From an uncultured Nitrosopumilaceae archaeon (lineage in GTDB: Archaea > Thermoproteota > Nitrososphaeria > Nitrososphaerales > Nitrosopumilaceae): 64,000 nt of DNA. Positions 49,908 to 59,456 of the stretch are shown here, piece by piece (position 1 is the stretch's first letter; every line of letters begins with the position of its first letter). A program made the translations under genes and the position numbers. Below the pieces are notes generated by a model, which saw only the letters and a program-made list of their open reading frames with translations, had not been told where the DNA came from and ran no database searches. The DNA lies in assembly GCA_964462165.1 (NCBI GenBank), contig CAYWWR010000001.1, forward strand, positions 1,881 through 65,880, given 5' to 3'.

Positions 49908-51682
49908 CTAGACCCTCGTAATGATGATAAATCAAAATTTTTGAAAACCTCGGTATCAAATTCTCTGACAGTCTCCTCAAGTTTCTTTTTATCTCTTGAC
50001 CATTCATCACCAAGAGCTGATAGTTTGTTTTTTATCTCAGTTTCATTTGATGAAGTCATATACGATTCAAATAATTTTGTTCCCAATACTTCTACATTAT
50101 CACCAAAAATTAGATCCATATCACCAATGGTCATTTTGAAAAGATTCATTTTTTCATAAAGTAATGTCAAAACATATTCTTCAATGGTATTTTTTATTGC
50201 GAAATTGTGTATGTTAACGTCATTTTTTTGGCCTATCCGGTGTACTCTTCCAATTCGTTGCTCCACTCGCATTGGATTCCAAGGTAGATCATAATTTATC
50301 ACGTTACTACAAAACTGAAAATTTTGTCCTTCTCCACCTGCTTCTGTTGAAACCATTATCTGAATATCATGTTTAAATTTACTCACAGATAGATCTCTGT
50401 CACTTGTTGACATTGTGCCATTAAATTTGACTGCTTCAAAGCCATCAGTTTCCAGGGTGTCAAAAATATAATCTTGTGTTGCAATAAATTCTGTAAAAAT
50501 TAAATATTTTGTTGAAGGATCATTGTTGATTATATCTTGTAATTTTTTCATTTTTGTATCGACATCGATTTTATCTGAGAGAATTATTAATTTTTCAATT
50601 TGATGATTTTCTTCACCATCAGATTTTCGTCTTTTTAGAGCGATTCTAGTTGCTGCAGAACTACTAGATACTTGTCGTTGTAGTGTCATGAGTGAAAAAA
50701 TTGCAGCCATAGAATTAGATTCGTGAAGTTTATCCCATTGTCCTCTAATGAATTTGGTCGAGTCATCATAAAGTTGTCTTTCGACTTGAGAATATTCCAA
50801 AAGATGGGTATTAGGAATTCTATCTGTAAAACTAATGTATTTCCGTACTTCGGAACGTCTAGTTCGAATCATAACTTGCGATAAACGACCTTGTAATTCG
50901 TCTCTTGTTATAGGATTGACAGTACGAAAACTCTTGTCATTGGTGTACGTTGCGGCAAAGTCGCTCCAACTGCTAAGTAATCCAGGTCTTACTATTTCCA
51001 CCATGTTGTATAGCTCATGTAAATTATTTTGAACCGGAGTTGCAGACAATAGTAACAAGAATTTTTTTGGTAGATCTCTGACAAATTTATGGGCATCAGT
51101 TTGTTCATTTCTCAATCTATGTGCCTCATCTACTACAACAATATCCCAATCAATTTTGTTTAGCCTCTCAGCATTAGTTATTCTAGAAGCAGATGCTAAT
51201 GATGCAATCAACATTCTGTGTTGATCAATACCAGTAAATCTTCCATCATATTTTTGAGCAATAAAATCTAAATCAAATTTTGTTATCAATTCATCCTTCC
51301 ATTGGCTTACAAGTGATGGAGGTGTCAAAATTAGTGCTTTCTGTACAAGACCGGTTGTGAAATACTCTTTTAACAATATTCCAGCTTCAATTGTTTTCCC
51401 AAGACCTACTTCATCAGATAATAATGCTCTTCCACCAAAATCGTTTTTTACAATTTTTGCTGCCATTATTTGATGATCAAATATGGAAATTTTATTTTCT
51501 AATGAACGAAGAATTGTTAAATCTCTAGTATGTTGAATATTTGAAATTTCATATGCTTTTAGTACACATTCCAAGTCATCATGATTATCAAATGTGCGGT
51601 TTCGAAGTTTATTTTTGACTCCATATTTATCGACATATTTTTTTTCAACATCAACTTCAAATTCCACCACATTGTCCACCAT
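49904..51682 (-). CDS. SNF2-family helicase/translocase (YqhH/RapA-like)
   Basis: DEVGLGKT, DEAH, SATP, GGEGQNFQ, YDLPWNP..EQRIGRVHRIGQ. Confidence 0.93.
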   Translation of the reverse strand: MVDNVVEFEVDVEKKYVDKYGVKNKLRNRTFDNHDDLECVLKAYEISNIQHTRDLTILRSLENKISIFDHQIMAAKIVKNDFGGRALLSDEVGLGKTIEAGILLKEYFTTGLVQKALILTPPSLVSQWKDELITKFDLDFIAQKYDGRFTGIDQHRMLIASLASASRITNAERLNKIDWDIVVVDEAHRLRNEQTDAHKFVRDLPKKFLLLLSATPVQNNLHELYNMVEIVRPGLLSSWSDFAATYTNDKSFRTVNPITRDELQGRLSQVMIRTRRSEVRKYISFTDRIPNTHLLEYSQVERQLYDDSTKFIRGQWDKLHESNSMAAIFSLMTLQRQVSSSSAATRIALKRRKSDGEENHQIEKLIILSDKIDVDTKMKKLQDIINNDPSTKYLIFTEFIATQDYIFDTLETDGFEAVKFNGTMSTSDRDLSVSKFKHDIQIMVSTEAGGEGQNFQFCSNVINYDLPWNPMRVEQRIGRVHRIGQKNDVNIHNFAIKNTIEEYVLTLLYEKMNLFKMTIGDMDLIFGDNVEVLGTKLFESYMTSSNETEIKNKLSALGDEWSRDKKKLEETVREFDTEVFKNFDLSSLRGSS

Positions 51683-51782
51683 TCAACAAAGTATAAAACT
51701 TAACAACATTATCTTCTTTTTGATTAAATATAATTTTTAGAATAATCACAAGTGTTTTAATCAAGATATTCTGACTTAGTTT

Positions 51783-52685
51783 ATGACAATTCCTACATAT
51801 GAGGACATGATGTTGCCGATTATGAAAACAATTAGAGATGAAAAAGAATATTCTCTTAAAAGTATTGAAGATGCAATTAAGAGCGAGTTTCAATTATCGG
51901 ATGAAGAACAAAATAGAATGTTACCCAGTGGCAGAATGACTTATGTGTATAACAGAATTGGGTGGGCAAAGACGTCCCTAAAGATGGCAGGTCTTTTAGA
52001 ACAGCCTCGTGTGGGGATAATCAAGATCACCAATCGTGGATTAGGTGTATTAGAAGATAATTTGCATCATATAGATCTAGAATATTTAAACAAATTTCCA
52101 GAATTTGTAGAATGGCAACATCGTAAACGTGATGATAAACAAGAATCGCAAAATATGCTTCAGATAACAAAACAGACTCCAGAAGACATGATCTCTGCAG
52201 GTTATGATTTGATTCGCGAGAATCTATACAACGAGATATTAGAGAAGGTAAAAACACTTTCAGACCAAGGATTTGAACGATTAGTACTTGATTTGTGTAA
52301 AAAGATGAATTATGGAGACTGGGTTAAGCATACAGGAAAATCAGGAGATCAAGGCATAGATGGAATAATAAAAGAAGACAGACTGGGATTGGGAGAAATA
52401 TACCTACAAGCAAAACGTTGGCAGAATATAGTAGCCTCAAAAGAAGTAAGAGATTTTGCAGGTTCTTTACAGGCAACAAAGAGTAAGAAGGGCATCTTCA
52501 TTACAACATCGGATTTTACAGCAGATGGGAAAGAGTTCATTATGAAATTAAAAGACAGTACAATCATTCTGATAAACGGTAAAGAATTGACCAGATTGAT
52601 GGAAGAATACGATGTGGGCGTTTCTGAAATTAACAGTGTACGAATAAAGAAAATTGATCATGATTATTTTGAACAATACATCTAG
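51783..52685 (+). CDS. mrr: Mrr type IV restriction endonuclease
   Basis: Mrr_N (IPTY..LPSG..NRIGWA) plus catalytic GDQGIDG..YLQAKRW..GIFITTS.F. Confidence 0.93.
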   Translation: MTIPTYEDMMLPIMKTIRDEKEYSLKSIEDAIKSEFQLSDEEQNRMLPSGRMTYVYNRIGWAKTSLKMAGLLEQPRVGIIKITNRGLGVLEDNLHHIDLEYLNKFPEFVEWQHRKRDDKQESQNMLQITKQTPEDMISAGYDLIRENLYNEILEKVKTLSDQGFERLVLDLCKKMNYGDWVKHTGKSGDQGIDGIIKEDRLGLGEIYLQAKRWQNIVASKEVRDFAGSLQATKSKKGIFITTSDFTADGKEFIMKLKDSTIILINGKELTRLMEEYDVGVSEINSVRIKKIDHDYFEQYI

Positions 52686-52777
52686 TAATTGGATCGCTTT
52701 CTTTTATGATGTCTTTCCTTAGTTTTGAGAACTTGTTCCATAGTTCTTCCCATTTTCCCCATACATTTTTCATAAAT

Positions 52778-53287
52778 TCATTTGGATTTACTTTCAACTA
52801 ATGATTGTAATGCTGCTGCCCCAATCATTGCCTTTTCTTTGTTTTCTACAATCGCAGAAAGAAAACTTGGAGAAATCTGATTTTCCAAGTCCAGTATTGA
52901 AAACCTCTCAATTTCATTTTTTTGGTACACTTTTGGTGATAACTTGTTAGTCTCTATGAATAACCATCTTGATTCAGGCGATGGATATGTGAGTATGGCA
53001 ATAACCGGTCTATGACCCTTCATCTCGACTCCTGCAATATCTTCTCTTGTCAAGGACACCTTCTCCGAGACAGGTGCTTTTACCTCAATCGCATAGCTTT
53101 CTCCGTCAATATCTGCAACAAAGTCTGGTCTACCTGTGCCTTGAAAATGAGATACAAAAAATCCAGATTTCTGAAAAGCGATTGAGAGTAGAGATTGATT
53201 GACTCTCCCGAAATCACTCGCGTTGTGTATGTTAGCAAGGTTTTTCAGTTCTGCATACGTTTTGTATTTTGTATAATTATTCTCCAT
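52778..53287 (-). CDS. Small PD-(D/E)xK nuclease
   Basis: GRPDF...AIEVK. Confidence 0.75.
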   Translation of the reverse strand: MENNYTKYKTYAELKNLANIHNASDFGRVNQSLLSIAFQKSGFFVSHFQGTGRPDFVADIDGESYAIEVKAPVSEKVSLTREDIAGVEMKGHRPVIAILTYPSPESRWLFIETNKLSPKVYQKNEIERFSILDLENQISPSFLSAIVENKEKAMIGAAALQSLVESKSK

Positions 53288-53299
53288 GTATTCAGGCCT

Positions 53300-55477
53300 C
53301 TAATTGAATTTGGGTCCTGATATGTCCCATCCTACAAACTCATGGAATTTAATATCACGGTGTTTTGATTGTAGGATTTTCTTAAATTCTTCGTCCTGTG
53401 TGGAGATGAAGATTTGTCGATCCTTGGAAATCAAACCAAGTAGATTCACAAGTGCATCTTTATGTTCACTGTCGAGATTCTGTGATGGATCGTCAAGTAG
53501 TAGAAATCCTAGTTTTACCGGTAGTGATTTAGTCAGTGCAAAGAATACCGATAGGGCAACACAGTTCATTTGTCCGGTGCTAAATCTTGTAACAACTTGT
53601 GTTTCATTACGGTCTTTCACATTCATTGCCCTTATGGTGTAGGCATTTTTTACTTGCCCTCCGCGTTCGTTAGGTTCAACATCTATCTTCAGTTTGTCAT
53701 AATGTTGATGCATGCAGAGCTTTGTGTAATAATCTTCAATATCTTTTTGTGATTCCATTATCATCTGCGATGCAAGTTCACTTTGGACTTTTCCTGATAC
53801 AGTAATAATTTTGGTTAACTTGTCTTCGAAATTATAAAGCCCAGCAATGATTTTTTCTATGTTCTCTACCTCCTTGGAATCTTCTGGATTCAGATTTTTA
53901 AGACCACCCAATTCTGTTTCTTTATTGAGTATGTCTATGACTTTACAAACTAAGTCCAATGATTCTCGAACCTTTTCTACTCTGTTAGATTGATCCTGTG
54001 CACTTTTCTCAAGTTTTGAGATTTCATCACCATTGTTTTGGATCTGTTTTTCTGCAACTAAATGAATATTTGATTTATCTTGTTTTGTAATACCAAGTTT
54101 GTCAACCAGTTTTGATAATGCTTCAGCTTCTAATCTGTTTTCTTTTTCAAGTTGCTCAGAGCATCTAACCATTTCTGATTGTAAATCCGACAGCATTTCC
54201 TTACGGGTTTTTAATTCTGATATTTTATCATCTATTTTTTTTATCTGATTTCCAACAATATTTTCTGATTGTTTTTCTAACTTTTCAATCGTTTTTTGTA
54301 CATCCATACTATTATCACATACTGGACAGAATGGTTTTGTGAGTATTCGAAGAGATTGTAATGCATCTTCAATTAATTTTGAATTTATGTCTAAAGAATC
54401 TCTTTCTTTATTTTTTTCTTTCAATTCATTTTCAATTATTCTAAAATTGTCATTAATTTGTTCCAGATCTCCTTCTTTGTCAACAATGGTCTTGATTTGA
54501 GCATTTAATTCTGCTATTGGGGTTTCATAACCTTTTACCTCATCCACCAAATCCAAAAGTGCACGTTTCTTTGAGTTTAATTCGGATATCCTATTGAGAT
54601 CGACGTTACCTTGTTGTATATCTTTTAGCGCTTTTTTTATATTGGATTCAAAAGTACTAAAATCCAATAATGAAGATGGTTGATCTATTTCGACTTTCTG
54701 GAGGGAGCAATCTTGTGATAATGCATGAATCTCATGTATAATTGACTTTGCATTTTTTGATGCATATTCTTGGTTCAAATCGTTTTCAGATAGACCACCA
54801 TCAAGAGCCTTCTTTTTGAATTTCTCTATGTCCATATTACAAAGTTGTATGGCCCCTGTAATACGTTGACCAAAAGAGTCTTTTTTCTTTTGAAGTTCTT
54901 TTATGGTATCTTTAATATCTCTAATGGGAATTGCGTTCACAATGTTTCTGATTTTTTCAAGTCCAAACAGTCTGTCCAATGCTTCATCTCGAGTTTTCTT
55001 TTCTTCAGTGAGTAGCGCTCTGATTGCCTCTTGGTGTAGATAAACAGATCTTATGAAATCATCTATTGTCATTCCAGAAATTTTGAATAATTCTTCTTCT
55101 GCCTCATCTCCTTCAAATTGAGCATCTTTGGTCTTGATGACAAAGTCTGTGGAAGATTTACCTTTCTCCTTGGTTCTTTCTAGTTTTATTTCATCTTTGT
55201 CATTCTTCAATATCATCTTGACACTTGCAATTCCCTCGGGATTGAATTGATTGATCACTTCATCTCTGGCTTTACCGTCTGAAGAAAGAAACTCTATCTT
55301 TCCAAAGAGACACCATTCAATAGCATAGAGTGTACTGCTTTTTCCTTGTCCATTTTTTCCATAGAATATAGTCATAGAATCATTGAAAGTAAAGGAATGT
55401 TGTTTATTGTATCCTCTAAAAGATTCTATCACAACTGATTCTACCGTGTATTTCTTTCCTAGAATTGTTTTAGACAT
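53300..55477 (-). CDS. Rad50/SbcC/LmuB-like ABC ATPase with zinc hook
   Basis: Walker A GKNGQGKS, Q-loop LHQE, central CPVC, signature FSTGQ, Walker B/D-loop LLLDDPSQNLD. Confidence 0.88.
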   Translation of the reverse strand: MSKTILGKKYTVESVVIESFRGYNKQHSFTFNDSMTIFYGKNGQGKSSTLYAIEWCLFGKIEFLSSDGKARDEVINQFNPEGIASVKMILKNDKDEIKLERTKEKGKSSTDFVIKTKDAQFEGDEAEEELFKISGMTIDDFIRSVYLHQEAIRALLTEEKKTRDEALDRLFGLEKIRNIVNAIPIRDIKDTIKELQKKKDSFGQRITGAIQLCNMDIEKFKKKALDGGLSENDLNQEYASKNAKSIIHEIHALSQDCSLQKVEIDQPSSLLDFSTFESNIKKALKDIQQGNVDLNRISELNSKKRALLDLVDEVKGYETPIAELNAQIKTIVDKEGDLEQINDNFRIIENELKEKNKERDSLDINSKLIEDALQSLRILTKPFCPVCDNSMDVQKTIEKLEKQSENIVGNQIKKIDDKISELKTRKEMLSDLQSEMVRCSEQLEKENRLEAEALSKLVDKLGITKQDKSNIHLVAEKQIQNNGDEISKLEKSAQDQSNRVEKVRESLDLVCKVIDILNKETELGGLKNLNPEDSKEVENIEKIIAGLYNFEDKLTKIITVSGKVQSELASQMIMESQKDIEDYYTKLCMHQHYDKLKIDVEPNERGGQVKNAYTIRAMNVKDRNETQVVTRFSTGQMNCVALSVFFALTKSLPVKLGFLLLDDPSQNLDSEHKDALVNLLGLISKDRQIFISTQDEEFKKILQSKHRDIKFHEFVGWDISGPKFN

Positions 55478-55480
55478 TAT

Positions 55481-55717
55481 CTATTTTTTCCTCTTCTTTA
55501 TTTTTTTCTTTGATTTTTTGACCTCTGGTGTTATTCCTTTAATATTTTTAGAAACTGTTGAATTGGCCTCTTTCAAATATTTTAATAAATTATCCTTGAT
55601 TATTGAGGGACCTCCTTCATCATACCAATGAAAAATATTTTGAGTAATAGTGATAAGTTCTTCAGAATCCGATTGTGAAGACAATTCCCGTTCCATTAGT
55701 TTTAACAAGTCTACCAT
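55481..55717 (-). CDS. 78-aa hypothetical protein heading the ATPase operon
   Basis: 3-nt gap to the ATPase start; Lys-rich tail. Confidence 0.6.
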   Translation of the reverse strand: MVDLLKLMERELSSQSDSEELITITQNIFHWYDEGGPSIIKDNLLKYLKEANSTVSKNIKGITPEVKKSKKKIKKRKK

Positions 55718-55804
55718 GGAATGTTATTTCTAATTATCACACTAGTAGATAAACAAGGCCCATAATTTCACTGAGCGGTTCTTTTTTATAATTAGAAAAC
55801 TAGG

Positions 55805-58800
55805 ATGGGTATGTCAATTAGCCTAAACTTAGAGCAGACCGAGGCCATCACACATACAGGTAGTCCGCTTCTAGTAATTGCAGGTCCTGGAAGTGGAAAA
55901 ACAAGCGTCATAATTCAACGAGTTTTGTATTTACTCAAAAATGGTCTAAAACCATCTGAAATACTATGTCTCACATTTTCTGAAAAGGCAGCAGAGGAGA
56001 TGAAACAACGATTAGAAAAGTTGACAGATATTACAGATATGGACATTAGTACTTTTCACTCGTTTGCAAAACAGGTACTCGAGGATAACATCTTGGATTC
56101 AGGAATTGGTATGTCGTCAGGTGTAGCATCAAGATCTACACAACTTGTGTGGGGATTAAAGAACATAGACAACTTTGCGTTTGAACACTTGGAGATTGGA
56201 AACAATGCAGTTGAATTAATTGAATCAATAATTGATGGAATAAAGACATTCAAAGATGATCTTATCTTTCCAGATAAATTGCAAAAATATATTGATTCTA
56301 AACTTGCAAGCAATATCTCAGATGACGATAAAGATTTTATTTTAAAATTAAATGATCTAAACAAAGTATATTACAAGTATCAAGAATTTCAACGAGAAAA
56401 AGCAGTTATTGATTTTGCAGACATGATATTTCAGACAACCGAACTTTTTAAAAGAAAACAAAATGTTCTTACAAAATATCAAAAAAGATACAAGCATGTA
56501 CTAGTAGATGAGTTTCAAGATAACAATTATGCACAATTAGAACTTGTGAAACAGATTGCAAAAGACGGAAACGTTACGGTTGTGGGAGATGATGACCAAA
56601 GCATCTATCGATTTCAAGGAGCATATCTTACAAATTTTACCGATTTTTCAGAGCATTACCCTAATAGAAAAAAAGTTGTATTAAATCGCAATTACAGAAG
56701 TTCAGAAAATATAGTAAAACTTGCAAGTCAATTATTAGATAAAGTTCCCCAAAGAGAAACAAAGAAACTCTATTCTGAGCACAAGGAAAAGGAAAAAATT
56801 GTAATTCGTGCCTGTGCCCATGAGTCAGCTGAGGTAGAATTTGTAATCAAAACAATAACTGACCTCATAGGCAAGTCAATTGACCGAAGAGATGGTTCCA
56901 AGGAACTTCTCAGACTGAAAGATTTTGTTATTTTATCAAGACGTAAACTTGAAGGAAGAAAGTTTGCAAAAGCATTGAAGGCTCATGGGCTAAACGCAAC
57001 ATTTGTTGGAGAAATGAATATCTTTTCATCTCCAATTATTCGAGATTTAATGGCGTATCTGAAGATTGCAAATTGTCCAACAACTTCAGGAATTGAAATT
57101 ACAAGATTGATGAAAAATCATGGAATCACTGAGCAAAATATCGGAAGAATAAACCATGCGGCACTACGTAAAGCACGTAATGACGAGACCGACATGGATT
57201 TTGTTTTAGAAAGTCTCAAAAATTGCCATGAATTAGACATTACTCAAAAAAATGAGGTATTAGAGCTTGCAGAACAGATTGAAAAGATAATCAAATTGGA
57301 AAGTAAACTGGCTGTATCTGACATAATATACAAAATCATGATGTCAGTCTCTGATCTATACAAGAGTACTTTATTGTCAAATACACTTGAGAATAAAAAA
57401 AATCAAATGTTACTCAAAGAATTGTACCAAATATCATTAGAGTATGAATCATTAAATCCTCAAGGAACACTAGATGATTTTTTAAAATATTTGAAATTAA
57501 TGGGTCAGTTTGATCTAGAACTACAAGAAGGTGGCGAAGTAGAAAACTCCATCCAAGTATCTACAATACATCAAAGTAAAGGAAAGGAATTTCCTGTCGT
57601 GTTCATAGTAGATGTTGCAACAAACAGACTTCCATTAAGATACGAGTCAAAGACATTCTATGTTCCAAATGACTTGACAGATAGAGTGAACACACAAGAA
57701 GATGAAAAACTACTTTACGAGCAAGAAGAGAGAAGACTGTTTTATGTAGCCATGACTCGTGCTCAAAATTGCCTATTTATCACATATTCAAAGAGATATG
57801 GTCAAAATGTACGTGAGACCAAGCACTCTAAATTCCTAGATGAAATAGAATTTGAAAGTAATCCCGTGGTTGATTTTGCAGAGTTTGAAGGGACAACTGG
57901 TGAAGTCATACTACAAGAAGAAGAAAAAATTGAGGCAATAAAACAAAGATTACAAAATGAGGCAATAAGATCACTTAATTCCATGAATCTAAAGACTGCA
58001 GTTCAGAGAATAGTCGAGCTTGCCAAGATAAAACATTTTGAAGAAAAAAATACTACAAGAGACTTTGATCCAACAGACATTCTCAAAGTACAAAATAACG
58101 ATACTAACTTGGATAAAGAACTAGTAGGCGAAAAAGTTCCATTAATTAACAAAGACATTTTCTCACTTAATGCAACAAAGGTTGGGACTTATCTGGAATG
58201 TCCATTAAAGTTCAAGTTTGCGCACATTTGGAATGTTCCACAACCTCCAAAGACTTTCTTTGATATCGGAACTGCAGTTCATGCAGTAGCGGAGCATCTT
58301 ACAGATTTACAAAAAGATGGAACAGAGCCAACTGAAAAACTTGCATTTGACATATTTTCAAAAGAATGGAATCCAAATGCATTTGAGTTTGAGACACAAG
58401 AAAATCAAGGAAAGAATAAAGCAAAAGAAATGGTCAAGACATATTTGAAATGGTCTGAAGAGAATCCAAACAAGCCAATAGATGTTGAAAAAGAATTTTC
58501 AATTATGATTAATGGAATTAAATTTAATGGTAAAATTGACAGAGTAGAGAAGAGACCGGATGGTGAATACGAAGTAGTAGATTTTAAGACTGGCGCAGTT
58601 TACAAAAATAAAACTTCGATCAGAGAAGATCCGCAGATGAATATCTATGCAATGGGAGTAGAGAAGGTTTATGGGAAATTGCCAAAAAAAGCATCTCTTT
58701 TCTACATACGAGAAGAGAAAATTATTCCATATGAGATAGATTCTGCTCAGGTAGAGAAGGTAAAATCTGACATTGTAGGATATGTCAACAACATACTTGA

Positions 58801-58888
58801 TGAAAAATTTGAAGCAACACCCAGCTACAAGGCATGTAGATATTGCGACTATTGGGATCTCTGTGATGAAAAAGAGACATCAGAGTAA
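55805..58888 (+). CDS. UvrD/PcrA-like helicase fused to a PD-(D/E)xK Fe-S nuclease (AddA/AdnB-like)
   Basis: AGPGSGKT, DEFQD, TIHQSKGKEF, EERRLFYVAMTRA; ECP..GKIDR..DFKTG..Q..Y..CRYC..C. Confidence 0.92.
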   Translation: MGMSISLNLEQTEAITHTGSPLLVIAGPGSGKTSVIIQRVLYLLKNGLKPSEILCLTFSEKAAEEMKQRLEKLTDITDMDISTFHSFAKQVLEDNILDSGIGMSSGVASRSTQLVWGLKNIDNFAFEHLEIGNNAVELIESIIDGIKTFKDDLIFPDKLQKYIDSKLASNISDDDKDFILKLNDLNKVYYKYQEFQREKAVIDFADMIFQTTELFKRKQNVLTKYQKRYKHVLVDEFQDNNYAQLELVKQIAKDGNVTVVGDDDQSIYRFQGAYLTNFTDFSEHYPNRKKVVLNRNYRSSENIVKLASQLLDKVPQRETKKLYSEHKEKEKIVIRACAHESAEVEFVIKTITDLIGKSIDRRDGSKELLRLKDFVILSRRKLEGRKFAKALKAHGLNATFVGEMNIFSSPIIRDLMAYLKIANCPTTSGIEITRLMKNHGITEQNIGRINHAALRKARNDETDMDFVLESLKNCHELDITQKNEVLELAEQIEKIIKLESKLAVSDIIYKIMMSVSDLYKSTLLSNTLENKKNQMLLKELYQISLEYESLNPQGTLDDFLKYLKLMGQFDLELQEGGEVENSIQVSTIHQSKGKEFPVVFIVDVATNRLPLRYESKTFYVPNDLTDRVNTQEDEKLLYEQEERRLFYVAMTRAQNCLFITYSKRYGQNVRETKHSKFLDEIEFESNPVVDFAEFEGTTGEVILQEEEKIEAIKQRLQNEAIRSLNSMNLKTAVQRIVELAKIKHFEEKNTTRDFDPTDILKVQNNDTNLDKELVGEKVPLINKDIFSLNATKVGTYLECPLKFKFAHIWNVPQPPKTFFDIGTAVHAVAEHLTDLQKDGTEPTEKLAFDIFSKEWNPNAFEFETQENQGKNKAKEMVKTYLKWSEENPNKPIDVEKEFSIMINGIKFNGKIDRVEKRPDGEYEVVDFKTGAVYKNKTSIREDPQMNIYAMGVEKVYGKLPKKASLFYIREEKIIPYEIDSAQVEKVKSDIVGYVNNILDEKFEATPSYKACRYCDYWDLCDEKETSE

Positions 58889-58913
58889 CAAAAAACGTTA
58901 TTAAAAAATACTC

Positions 58914-59456
58914 TTACTCAACAATTTTAGCACTATTCACTTCAAGCCATTTTTTATTTTCAATGTAATTAGGCATGAATTTCTTCACTAGCGTCCAGAA
59001 ATGACTAGAGTGGTTTCTAATCTTTAAATGACAAATCTCATGCAGTATCACATAATCTATTGCACCTTGTGGAGCCTTTAGAAGATATTCATTCAGGTTA
59101 ATTACATTATTTTTTGATGCGCTTCCCCATCTTGTATTCATATTTTTGATGATTACCTTCTTTGGAACAACTCCTACTTTTTTAGAATAAAATGAAACTC
59201 TATCAAGAAGGAATTTTTTTGTATATTTCTTTGTCTTTTGTATGGGAACCTGTCTACTTTTAAACTCTAACTGTTTTTTGAATATCCATTGTGCTTTTTC
59301 TTTAACAATTTTTTGTATCTCTGACATGGATTTGCTTTTTGGTGTTCTTATTATGACACATTTCTTGTCAATTATGATCTCTGAGGTCTTTCTTCTCGCA
59401 CTCTTGATGACATCATATCGTATTACACTGTTGCCATAACGAATCTTTCCATTCAT
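58914..59456 (-). CDS. YgjP/DUF45-like metal-dependent hydrolase
   Basis: RWGS..DYVILHEICHL..NHS..FW; ATGA overlap with hsdR. Confidence 0.88.
   Translation of the reverse strand: MNGKIRYGNSVIRYDVIKSARRKTSEIIIDKKCVIIRTPKSKSMSEIQKIVKEKAQWIFKKQLEFKSRQVPIQKTKKYTKKFLLDRVSFYSKKVGVVPKKVIIKNMNTRWGSASKNNVINLNEYLLKAPQGAIDYVILHEICHLKIRNHSSHFWTLVKKFMPNYIENKKWLEVNSAKIVE

Noticed and set aside
53300-55477. Housekeeping rad50
   Set aside because: No adjacent mre11, herA or nurA; atypical signature and switch motifs; defence-island context.
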